From the NCBI RefSeq assembly GCF_037042905.1, contig NC_087251.1, positions 9,178,001 through 9,242,000 on the forward strand: a stretch of DNA of 64,000 nt. The letters are read 5' to 3'. A model generated the notes under the pieces. That model did no database searches and had not been told where the DNA came from. It saw only the letters and a program-made list of their open reading frames with translations. The DNA is from Lytechinus pictus (lineage: Eukaryota). The translations under genes were made by a program, and so were the position numbers. Of this stretch, positions 26,501 through 37,231 are shown piece by piece. The stretch's first letter is position 1, and each line of letters begins with the position of its first letter.

Positions 26501-27139
26501 TTTTAAAATATATGTAATGCTTCGGCAATTCAACTGCAATTTCAGTCATTTCGCGATGGATATTGCCGTGTTTTTTTTGTGGTTCCTGACTTTGCTACTT
26601 AATGAAATTTCATAATTTTTGTTCAGTCATAAAGAAGAATGTCTATGCTTTATATTGATTATAATATTAATGTGACGCAAGTGTGATTTCTACGTGAAAA
26701 TATGCTTTGTTTATTCACATATATTTCTTGAAAAAAAAAAATTCTAAGCTAAATATCGGTTACCAAAATACGTTAAATGTGCACTTTTTTTCACTGTTCA
26801 GTAAATTCAAACTTTTATCTATATAACAAGACCAATATTAAGAGCAATAAACAATTCTAAGAGCAAAAAACGCTGATTGGAAAGATTGTCTCCAATGGGC
26901 TGCTGTCAGCTCAGCTGCTCACTGCTCATTGTGTGACGTCACTCAGCTGGAGCTCGCAAGAGGACCGGTGGAAGGCAGAAATATGGCATGAAAATAAATC
27001 ATTTTTGAGAGCTGATTTCTGCAAACTCTGATCACTATTTTGAAAAGTGAAGTTATATATCTGATTAGTATACTTCCCCTTTACAATGATGACCACATAA
27101 AGTCATTATAAAATACTTTTGATTCTTTGGATGTATACT
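23529..27139. mobile_element. Kolobok-like 3.6-kb non-autonomous element
   Basis: 17-bp TIR AGTATACATCCAAAGAA. TTAA TSD at 23525-28 and 27140-43. Confidence 0.8.
24761..24909. mobile_element. Small palindromic MITE
   Basis: TIR TACCTCAAGTGATGTT, loopless central palindrome CACCTACCCGGGTAGGTG, flanking GAGCACC duplication. Confidence 0.7.
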
Positions 27140-27492
27140 TTAAGCCAATTTTTGAAAATAGTAAATAGTAAAAATTTTCATGCGGCGGCCAAAATAGATG
27201 CGCGCGAGGACGATCAACTATCTTTTTTTACTTGGCCTAATGAAAAATAAATTGCAACTGTATGGAAATTAGTAATATTGGTCACAAAAGTGATATTTTA
27301 ATGATTTTTTAAAGTGTGTGCTCTGTACAACATTGGCATACCATACTCCATAGTCCTACCTGCTGTAGATTCCCCACAGGCAGGATGGTTGCAGTGAACA
27401 AGTGTCTAGTACATGTATATATTACATGTACATCAATCAATATTGGGTATGATTATCATTTGGCCCTACTTTTTAGGATAACAGATACAGAG

Positions 27493-27658
27493 ATGGCAAG
27501 GGGAAGAAGAGGCAGAGGCCGTGGTGGGAAAGCCAAAGTTGATGAGAATGTGGGTGTGGCTGATGAAGCTGGCAATGCAGAACAAGAACAGGTTGAAGAC
27601 ATTGTCATTGACGAGTTCGAAGTTGACGAAAATGGTGAAGATGATGATGGTAAAATCG
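27493..27658 (+). CDS. PRPF39: PRPF39 coding exon 1 (RG-rich then acidic N-terminus)
   Basis: Acceptor AG at 27475-76, ATG at 27493 (MARGRRGRGRGGK...), donor G|GTATGT. An in-frame alternative donor follows 27649. Phase 1 fits the next exon. Confidence 0.75.
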
Positions 27659-27718
27659 GTATGTATAGAACATGTGGAATTCTTTAACTACATGCCCATA
27701 ATTTTTATTAGTGTGGTG

Positions 27719-28383
27719 CACAGTGGCAAATTGTATGGAACGGATAGCGGTGCGTTCAACGCTAGCGGGCGTGTACATTTTGCTTATTAGTATACATGAC
27801 GTCATCCAGCCACTGCCGAGAGCCAATTTATGAATGAAAATGTAGTAAGCATACGCAGTGCAAGCCTTCCATTGCCCCACACAGTATTCCATGCACCAAA
27901 ACAAGTGTGCAATTCTCTAATCTATCACCTCGTACCAAAATCGACCTAGAATTTCACTTTCCTATATTTTGTATGAATTATGAAAGGTATTTTCGGAGGA
28001 TCTATTTTCTCACCGATACCGCACAGGTAAGCGAATTGGCATCGTGTTCGTTGGAGTTTGTAGAGTCTATCGCAACGTGTACAAAGTCAATTGATTTTCG
28101 GGTTTTGGAGCGTCGCGTGAATATGCATGAAATTGCCGAGTCTCGATAATTTTCGATTGATACTGGAGCTGGAGCGATCCGATCACGAACCAAGACCATT
28201 TCCCCGCGTAGACAATGTGACCGGTTATCGCTATCGATACTTTCGCACGCAGTTCGAAGGAATTATTTTGGCGACCACGTAGTCATGACGTGATCTGCCC
28301 GATTGGCCAATCAGCGGTCTCCGATTCGCTGAGCCGAGACGGTCTATCCGTTGTACACAGTCTATGGACAATTTGCCACTGTG
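27719..28383. mobile_element. Non-autonomous Transib/RAG-like element with RSS-like ends
   Basis: 16-bp TIR CACAGTGGCAAATTGT. 5-bp TSD TGGTG at 27714-18 and 28384-88. Motif SAACGGATAG lies 12 bp (left) and 23 bp (right) after the heptamer. Confidence 0.85.
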
Positions 28384-28712
28384 TGGTGCTCAATCTTTAA
28401 TCTTTTCTTGCTTTCATCCTGTAAGCTGATTGTAATTGATTTTAGCATAATCTATTGCTCTTGCTGTCTTGCATGTTTCAATGATTATTAAAAGTAGGAT
28501 TTATTACGACATGTATATAAATGTAAATGATATAAATAAATGTATATAAATATTAATTTGAATTTATTGAAATTAAATAAGTATTTCATACTTAAATGTA
28601 TTTAAATGTAATTCTCATTGAAACATAACAGAATGCAATGTGACTTCAGATGAGCTGTTGATTGATAATCAGTAATGTTACGCCCTTTTAACATGTATCC
28701 TGTTTACTGCAG

Positions 28713-29143
28713 ATGATTCTATACTAGAAGAAGAGGAAGTAGAAGGAGGAGCGATAGATGACGGAGCTGACAAATCTGAAGCAAAGGAAGCCAAAGGTGA
28801 TGATGTCCAACCGTCAGAAGAAATGCCAATGGAAATACAAGAAGCCACAAAGGAATCCGAAGTAGAAGAGAAAACAGAGGATAAACCAGCAGAACAGGCA
28901 TCTGAAAAAGCAGCAGAAAAGCCTGCTGAAGAGGAAAGGGAAGCTATCCAAGAAGAGGCTATGGAAGACACGAAAGAGAAATCATCTGCAAGTGAAGAAT
29001 CTAAGAAGGAAGGCGGATCAAGGAAGAGGAAGAAGAAGGAACGTACCAGACCATATGAGCTTGAGAAATACTGGAAGGCAGTGAAGACGAATCCTGCAGA
29101 CTTCACTGGTTGGACGTACCTGCTGCAATATGTGGAGCAAGAG
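28713..29143 (+). CDS. PRPF39: PRPF39 coding exon 2
   Basis: Acidic region, then [27 protein letters not shown], matching the start of the PRPF39 HAT repeats. AG/GT junctions. Confidence 0.93.
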
Positions 29144-29466
29144 GTTGGTAGTAATATCTTCTGTGAATAGACCTTGTGTATTTACATCATCGCACAGCCA
29201 TCTAGATCTGCAATTGGCCCATCTCTGAAAACTCCATTTATGCATATTTCTATGTCATCTGAAGGAGGGCGCTATGAGTTTATAGCGTCCTATGTACAGA
29301 CTAATTTCAATAAATCATAATGCTACATTCACAGTTTTACACACCATTGAAATCAACTCCAAACCAAATGATGGTATATCATTGGTAATGATATAATATT
29401 TTTTGGATTTGGCTCTGTTTCGCTGTTTTGACTATGGCATTGGGAGTAAGTTTGTCAGCCTGTATC

Positions 29467-31409
29467 GGCCGCACAGAAACGCTGTTAGCATAACATTGCG
29501 CTAACAAAGGACCCTGTTACAACCGGTAATCTCTCCGCGATACCTAATGTCAAAGTAATGCATTACTTACATCTGGAATCAACGCTTGACATTATTCATT
29601 AACAAATCAGCTACTAACAACATGGGTAGAATGATCGCACAGAAGGCACAGAAAGCACTGTTAGGGCGCCGTTAGGCGTGAGTGTTGTTAGGGGATTTGA
29701 GTTAGGCAAAATCTATAATTTGTGCGTAGTGATCTAGATTTAACTTAAGATTGAGTTATGATTATTTGCACACCCTACAAGTTTAAAATCTTGTCGAGGA
29801 AAGGGTTAAGAATGTAATTATATAGGCATACCAAAATTTCCTTATTACATTTTAAACATGAAATGACAGCAAGTAGTAAATATATATTTACTAATTTAAG
29901 CTTTAAAAAGATCAAGAAAATTAGCCTATCATATTACGTTGGAGATTCTGTACCAACAGAAAATGCAGTCCCACGTTTCATCAGTTTCTTTTGTTTGAAA
30001 ATGCTGTTCACAGACTTCACTCATGCTCATGATGGGTATTTGCCAATGATGATTATCATGCGATAAATTTCATCAGCTATTCTTTCTAATGTAGGGTCTA
30101 TTCTTAAAAATGTCTTCAAACACTTTAAAAAATGATATATCTTGATAGAAACAAAAATCTTGATGAAAAGGATCATATCTTGGCACTAATCAACATCCCC
30201 CGCTATATACCCATTCTTTCAATTCAATTCTTTATTCCATTTCCAATCAAAACAAAATACAAAGTAATGTAAAGTAATACAAATCAAGTACAATTTTACA
30301 GACGAGCATTCTTACTTCGTAAAACAAAAAACAATATTATATTGAGCATAAATGGAAATGAGGGGGTCCACTAAAAAGCAAAGCTTGTGAAGTGTGGATC
30401 CCCCTTTGAAATGAAGAAAATATAGTCGACTTTAATGCGTATATATAAAGGAAAGAAAAAAGAGAAGGAACTAAAAGGTCTAAATCATATTGATGTAAAC
30501 ATAATTACTGAACAAATGCAAAGCTATTTACACAAAGAGGGGTACTCCAGGCTGAAGAAAATAATACAGTTTGAACAGGGCAGTGAGACAAACAAAACAC
30601 TGACAAATTGATAAGAATTGAAAATGAATACAAAAAATTATGCTATCTTAAAATTTTGCATTAGGCCCTATTTCGGTGAAATTTATATTCATGTCTTCAG
30701 GAATGTGCAATGAGGGTCTGTTGTATCATACAAAATTAGGTTTATTTAAATTTTGTCTCCCCAGAATATTGCTTCAAAGATGATCATTTTGTTACTCGGG
30801 TGACATACACACATTTGACACAATTACGAGTTCATATCAATAAAATCAGAAAAGGGGGAAAGAGCTAGAGGATATGGCATCATCGTTCCATCTATTGAAT
30901 ATTCATGGCCACATGCTGCTCAGTAATATCATTTGCAAAATACAGAGTTAAATTTTTAATATTCAAGAATTTTGTTATTTTTTATCAGATTTTGATGAAA
31001 TTTTCAGCAATGCGCTCATCTAATTTTACTCCATTTATTCATATATTTGTTGTGTGGGCCCGGAATACCCCTTTAATTCGGTCGAGGTCTATTTTAGATT
31101 ACTTGGTATAAGAAAGGGAGACAAGTTTTAAGGGAGAAATTATTCACTAACATCGCCACTATTGGTGCCCTTGGCACTGTTAGCGATTTGTATTAACATT
31201 AGCGCCACTGTTAGCTTCTGCTGGGCTATTTATTGTTAGATTATTAGGAATTCGGCTACGCTTCTGTGAGTTTATCGATACCGATAGGCCTCCTGTTAGT
31301 GCTCTGTTAGTGAAAACAATGCGTCTAGGCAGTGGTCGCCTGTAGGATGTGACTGGCCCTACTGTTAGCGTTCTGTTACGCTAACAACGCTCCTGTGTGG
31401 CCGCCACTG
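29467..31409. mobile_element. Old TIR element with CTGTTAG subterminal repeats, containing a LINE tail and a Kolobok-like MITE
   Basis: GGCCGCACAGAAACGCTGTTAGCATAAC versus GTTACGCTAACAACGCTCCTGTGTGGCC are inverted. Confidence 0.55.
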
Positions 31410-31682
31410 GTCTTTTGATTGAAAAAACAAACTAAAAAAGTGTCTATTAGAATAGTCATCAACCTGGCACTGTCAAAATGCAACTCCATATTTGTACTCT
31501 AGTTATCAGTTATATACTTGAATTCATGATTGCCAGAGGCATTGTGTTATGGGGTTGTACATTCATGTGTTATATATTTCTGATAATGTAGAGACCTGTG
31601 TAAATTTTGACTGCCTGTAACGTCCATCTAGTTTTTCTTAAAGCATTAAAATGTTTGAAAATGTATATTTTTTTTCCTGCAG

Positions 31683-31808
31683 GATTACATGCCATTTTAC
31701 CGCGAAGCTTTTGATGCTTTCTTCAAGTGCTATCCATATTGTTATGGTTACTGGAAGAAGTATGCAGACTCCGAGAGAAAGAAGGGTACCATCGAGAAGT
31801 GCTGGGAG
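31683..31808 (+). CDS. PRPF39: PRPF39 coding exon 3
   Basis: DYMPFYREAFDAFFKCYPYCYGYWKKYADSERKKGTIEKCWE, with the conserved YPYCYGYWKKYAD. Phase 0/0. Confidence 0.96.
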
Positions 31809-31962
31809 GTAAAGTCCCTATTTTATGTTTTCAATATAATTTGTTGGAAGTAAAGAATAAATGAAATATTCTATTCTAAACCATCCTGTATCTATCTACT
31901 TCCTGTATATGGATAATGTTTGTTAGTTTTTTACAAATTAATTTTTAGAAAGCAGATCTTAA

Positions 31963-32724
31963 CCCTAAAAAGACTGGGGGGGGGGGCTGATTCAGCCCCC
32001 CTCGACATTTTTCGCGATAAATCTGTAACGTGAAAAGCTGGCGCCGCGCTGTTCCATGACTTTTTTCTTTCAAATCTTGTGCAACTTTTGAGACCAAATT
32101 TGCGACGCCCGAGTACGTGGTTCCGAAATTACGCAACATTTCGTAAGTGCATGTTGACCCAAAATTGCTCAAAAACGCGAATTTGTGTACAAATCCAATG
32201 CAAATTGTGTTTTTAGCCAAAATTCATAAATGTATCATTATTTTCAATTTTACTGATCAAACTCAATTAATTTCATCTTGTTTATGGTCAGAATAAAGTC
32301 CCGGACAATTTCCATTGAAAAAACAATATGAAACAAGAAGTCGAAAAACATAGAAATACATAAGAAATTTTAAAAACAATAAAATACATAAGAAAAGAAT
32401 TGTGATATTGAATTTTTTTTAAATATACATTTGATCAGAATCCTACAAAGAGTCTCTGAATAAAAAATTAGCAGTTTAGAGGCCTTATTTAGTTAATTAG
32501 AGCAAATCTTTGATTTTACACATAAATTAGCATAATAAATGAATTATGAGATTTTTCGGAAAATTTGATCCTACAGTCTTGGAGATTATGCCATGGGTAA
32601 CGCACGTGCCAATTTTCGTCGCGATCGTGCGGTCGACGGCCGAGATCATAGGGGGGGCTGAATCAGCCCCCCCCCCCCCTTCCCCAGTCTTCATAGGCAT
32701 CAAAATAGCCCAGTCTATTTAGGG
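31963..32724. mobile_element. piggyBac-like MITE
   Basis: TTAA|CCCT...AGGG|TTAA with inverted GGGGCTGAWTCAGCCCC motifs. Related to 52300-53062. Confidence 0.85.
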
Positions 32725-34308
32725 TTAAGGGAACCCCTCTTGCATTGAAAAAATATTTTTAAAAAACCTCTCAGCTTTCTGACATGAAAATGTTGTTATT
32801 CTGGACCTATTTTATTTATTAGTTTTTGTTATTTATTTTATATCCACACAAAGAGAGGATGTTGCATGCATGGTATTGAAAAAAACACTTCATATTGATA
32901 AAGATAAATGTACCAGTGTGTGTCCTTTCAAATGGAAAGTTGTAATAGTAATACCTCGAACTTTGCTCATATTTCATTGATTTATCTGTTTGAATAGTAG
33001 GTATATTAACAATGTGTCTGAAGTTTTTAGTACCTCTTACCAATTGATACAACAACAAAAAACTGCTTTTTTTTCTGTAGTCACATATTCCATCAAGGTT
33101 ATTGAATGATGGAACAATATTAAAAATGTGTGTTTGTCAATGCTTACTGGCCTTGTCTGATAATGCACTACATTATTTTGTTGAACCTTGCTACACCAAT
33201 GTCATCATGGACATTGTGCTTGTGTTACCGACGTGCTGTCACTTTTGTTTCACAGGTCTACAACTGAAAGGAAGGTAGATTTTTTTTTAAACAATTTAAA
33301 CAAAAAAAGGAAAATAAAATAAAAGGACTTTCATTATATCTCAAATGCTGACTTTTTTCCACAAACATTCAGTGTTCATGAAGTATTGATATTGTGTGCG
33401 ATATAATAGCGCGCTCTTCCTGGCAATTGGAATTGTCACCGAGTATATGTGTAATATGGTTTCGTGTTTATGACTTTTCGAAGGTATTTCAAACTTCAAA
33501 GTAGGATTGTTTGAATCCTACTTTAATATAAGAAGGTAAGTGCGGTCACTTTTGTTTTACTCATTAAAATTGCAATGTGTAGACCTATTTATTGCAATTA
33601 ATGGCTTCAGAGATAACAATGTGTTGCTTATATTTGCGTTATTATTTACAAAGTATCAATTTATTTGCAACTCTTTCTCATGGAGATGTTGAATACCATG
33701 AGAACAGATCATTAATGTCTGTTAAAACACTATGTACTAATTTGGTTTGTATTATGAGTCTTGAAAATTGTTTTGTATGAATTGAAAACTCGCATGCATA
33801 AAATGAGCACCGATTGTTTTGTGGAAAAGTTCATTTGAGATTCTGAGTCAAACTTTTGAAGAAAAAAAAGTCTTTGGGCCTAGTAAAATTTAAGAAAGAG
33901 TAAATAAAGAAGAGCTGAGCATCAAAGGATTGGAAAATCACAAGGAACAGGAGAAGTCCTCATCTTGTCAGCTGATCCACTTCTTCACATCAAGAAGGTT
34001 GCCTAATCAGTTTATGAAATTATATTAAATATTCGGTTTTGAGCCCATTATTGATTATTAACTACCGTGAATGTGATATTATTTGTTTTCTTATTGCTAT
34101 TATTATTATAATTGATCTTAAGTGAATTCTTTGTTTGGAACTGGCACTGCAATGTCACAAGTGAGCCTACATATTGATGGCTTGTAGGTGTTGAATTGGA
34201 TGTGTTGTATTTGTTGATATGAATGTGGATGTATGAGGAGGCAGTGCCATTCCTACACATCTTGTACATGTTGTAATACTAGTTCTTTGGAATGTTGTAT
34301 TTGGTTAG

Positions 34309-34427
34309 GTCTTTGAGCGTGGATTGAAGGCTATTCCTCTGAGCTCTGATCTCTGGCTACATTACATCAGTGTAATGGGTCAACATATTCCTCGGTCGGA
34401 TGAAACCAGGGCTGACAAGCTTAGAGC
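34309..34427 (+). CDS. PRPF39: PRPF39 coding exon 4
   Basis: VFERGLKAIPLSSDLWLHYI...; donor GC|GTAAGT. Confidence 0.95.
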
Positions 34428-34995
34428 GTAAGTAATACTTTCCTCTGCACAATCATTGGAAGCTGTCCTGACAAAGCTTTTTTTGTGTTTGTTTTTAAAG
34501 CTGTACCCAATCAAGTTCTATCATTGGTTTATATTCTAAAGAACATATTGTACTGTTAAATTTGTCATATGTACAATGCAATGTATAGAATTGCATCTAA
34601 TGTATATATATATGATTTTAGTGTTTTGTTATTTTTGTATATGATAGATGGAATCTGAATAAAGTAATCTTGAATATTCAATCAGTGACTGTTGATTAAA
34701 TCTATATGAAAGATTATCTATTAATTACAGATAAAGTATTGCACTGAGTTAACGCATGTAAGATAGCAACTTCCTGTATGAATTACTTGATTGAAATAAT
34801 GGAGAATAGCTGTGCTAATGTTGTTATTTCTTTTAAATCTCCTTAACATTGTTAATTAATGTTAATACAAATTTGTTGCTTAACACTAATTAAGAGTGGG
34901 ATCACAATGCTGCCAAGTCTTTTCACAATTAAATCGTATTGAGCCTGCACTGGATTTGTGCACATAGGCTAAGTGTTATATTCTTGTCTTTGTAG

Positions 34996-35166
34996 TTTGT
35001 ATGAAAGGGCACTTGCAGTTGCTGGAATGGACTTCAGATCAGATAAACTTTGGGATCAGTATATCAACTTTGAGAAGAAAGAACAGAAGGATTGGAAGAG
35101 AGTCATGCAGCTTTATGATAGAATCCTCAAGATACCAACCCAACTATACAGACATCACTTTGACAA
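34996..35166 (+). CDS. PRPF39: PRPF39 coding exon 5
   Basis: LYERALAVAGMDFRSDKLWDQYINFE...IPTQLYRHHFD. Phase 2/2. Confidence 0.96.
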
Positions 35167-35654
35167 GTATGTTCACAGTCAAATTTATTTCAATATTTTG
35201 GGGGGAATTTCTTGTTATTCATTTGTTTTTGCATTCTCTGGTTCTTCAATTTCATCTGCAAACTCCTCTAATCTTACATTGTTTGATTTTTCTGTAAATT
35301 GCATAGCCCTATTAATAATATGCTGTAAGATTATTTGTTGTAAGAATGTCTGCTAATCAACCAGATTTAATTGATCGATCTATTCTCACTTAAGAATTGG
35401 GTAAGTTATTAAAAAAAGTAATATTTAATTTGATTTTAGTAGCGACAGCAGCTATGTTTACTGCAGTAGCAGTAGTAGGTTACCATATCTGTACTTAGAT
35501 ATGCTGTCTCTCTTTATCCCTGAAACCAATTCTTAAGTCTCTCTCCTCTATCTCTAACACTCAAAGCTAGGATTTGAAAAATAACATTTCAGCCCTCTTA
35601 TCTTAAGCAAGAAGTACTTAAGTTTTTTTTTTTTTTTTTGTCCACTTCCAATAG

Positions 35655-35853
35655 ACTGAAAGAGTTTATCCAAGCCCATCTTCCCAAGCAGTACCTGGAC
35701 TTTGATGAGTTCCTGAACTTTCGTGAACAGGTGGTAGCAGAGGCTTGTACAGGAGATATGGATGATGATATACCTGGTGAAGATGCTCCTCCTGGAGAGG
35801 AAGCACCCCCTGGTGAAGAAGGACCTCCGGGTGTTGGTCCACCATCTACAAAG
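35655..35853 (+). CDS. PRPF39: PRPF39 coding exon 6
   Basis: LKEFIQAHLPKQYL...PPGEEAPPGEE...PSTK. Phase 2/0. Confidence 0.92.
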
Positions 35854-36387
35854 GTATATATAAAGTTCTTTATATTTACCAAAGGATGCTTAACTCCCCC
35901 CCCAAAAAAAAAAAGAAAAAAGGGGGAGAATGAGGAAGGTTGAAACAAATATAGGTTAAAATGAGAAGGAGAGCCTACATTTTGAAAAATGCAAGCTAGT
36001 TTTAACTATTTTTCTTTCATTAGATTATAAAACTTCATTACCATCCAATGCTTCAGGTAATGCTAATGGATTTTAGTTGATGAAGATATGTGACATTTTT
36101 GGTGTAAGTATTGCAATAAAAACAATATGATCTTTAATATTTATTAATTAAAATCAGATATAACAACATGAAGCTGATTAATGTTAAGCTTAATGATGGT
36201 GGTAGAAAAAAAAACAGTAAGGTATTTGGCTTTATACCTTCATCTTTACAATTTATTTTCATGATAGTAGATATTGAATAACTTGTTGTCATAGTCCTTG
36301 TATTATTACATTTTCTTTTGAGATTGTAGTTCACTTCATCTCATTGGCTAATGTTTTAATTATGTTCTAATGTGCTTAATTTTGCAG

Positions 36388-36498
36388 GTCATAGAGGGAG
36401 AAAACAAGCTTATTCAAGAGAAAGTAGTAGAATCTCGCCGAGCCATTTTCAGGAAGACTGAACAAGAGGTCAGCAAGCGTTGGGCCTATGAAGAAGCA
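36388..36498 (+). CDS. PRPF39: PRPF39 coding exon 7
   Basis: VIEGENKLIQEKVVESRRAIFRKTEQEVSKRWAYEEA; donor GTGAGT. Confidence 0.95.
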
Positions 36499-36959
36499 GT
36501 GAGTTGATAGTTATATTGGCAGCTTTATTTGTCTTAGGCTTGATTACCAGATATTCTGCTTTACATTCTACTCTGTGACTTCCTGGTGATTGTTCAGCTT
36601 TAGATAACATCATGTTGGGATGATTTTTAAACAATTTGTTTGACGAGCCAGCTCAATTATTTTTAAGAATCACCTGAACAAACAATCTTCGCTCTGTTAT
36701 TTGCAAGCTAACTTTTTTTTATCTTTTTCATGTCTATCTCACATGGTTGTTAACATAGTTGCACAGTGAAATAGAAAGAAATGATGTGAAATTGTCAATT
36801 TCATTTGAGCTTTTGAAATAAATTATATGAGAATGGAAAGAAATAGAAACATTGCCGATTTATTACATGTAGCTCACAGAAAGCTGCAGAATCATCTCAA
36901 ATTGAAGCAATTTGCTTCAAAATAAAGCTAAAGTTGTATTGCTGAATTGTCGTTGTTAG

Positions 36960-37124
36960 ATCCGTCGTCCTTACTTCCATGCCAAGCCGCTGGAGAAGGG
37001 ACAGCTGAAGACATGGAGGGAATACTTGGAATTTGAAGAAAGCATTGGTATTCATGATAGGACAGTACTGCTTTATGAGAGATGCCTGATTGCATGTGCA
37101 CTCTATGAAGAGTTCTGGATCAAA
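36960..37124 (+). CDS. PRPF39: PRPF39 coding exon 8
   Basis: [27 protein letters not shown]...[16 protein letters not shown], a hallmark Prp39 motif. Confidence 0.97.
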
Positions 37125-37231
37125 GTAAGTAAATTATCCCTTCATAACAGAAAATGATATTGCATTAGTTGCAAAGTGAGTTTGTTTAGTTTTATGATAA
37201 TCTGCATGTTGATTGAAAGTAATGAAATTTA

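Larger units (their letters stand above)
23192..27237. mobile_element. PIF/Harbinger-like non-autonomous element containing a nested Kolobok-like element
   Basis: TIR GGCCAAGTAAAAAAAGATAG. TAA TSD at 23189-91 and 27238-40. Confidence 0.75.

Noticed and set aside
27719..28383. Coding capacity (RAG/Transib transposase) within the RSS-like element
   Set aside because: It contains only short ORFs with no transposase motifs; the element is non-autonomous.
28678..29106. 142-aa antisense ORF (and 35598-35948)
   Set aside because: These are shadow ORFs opposite low-complexity PRPF39 exons.
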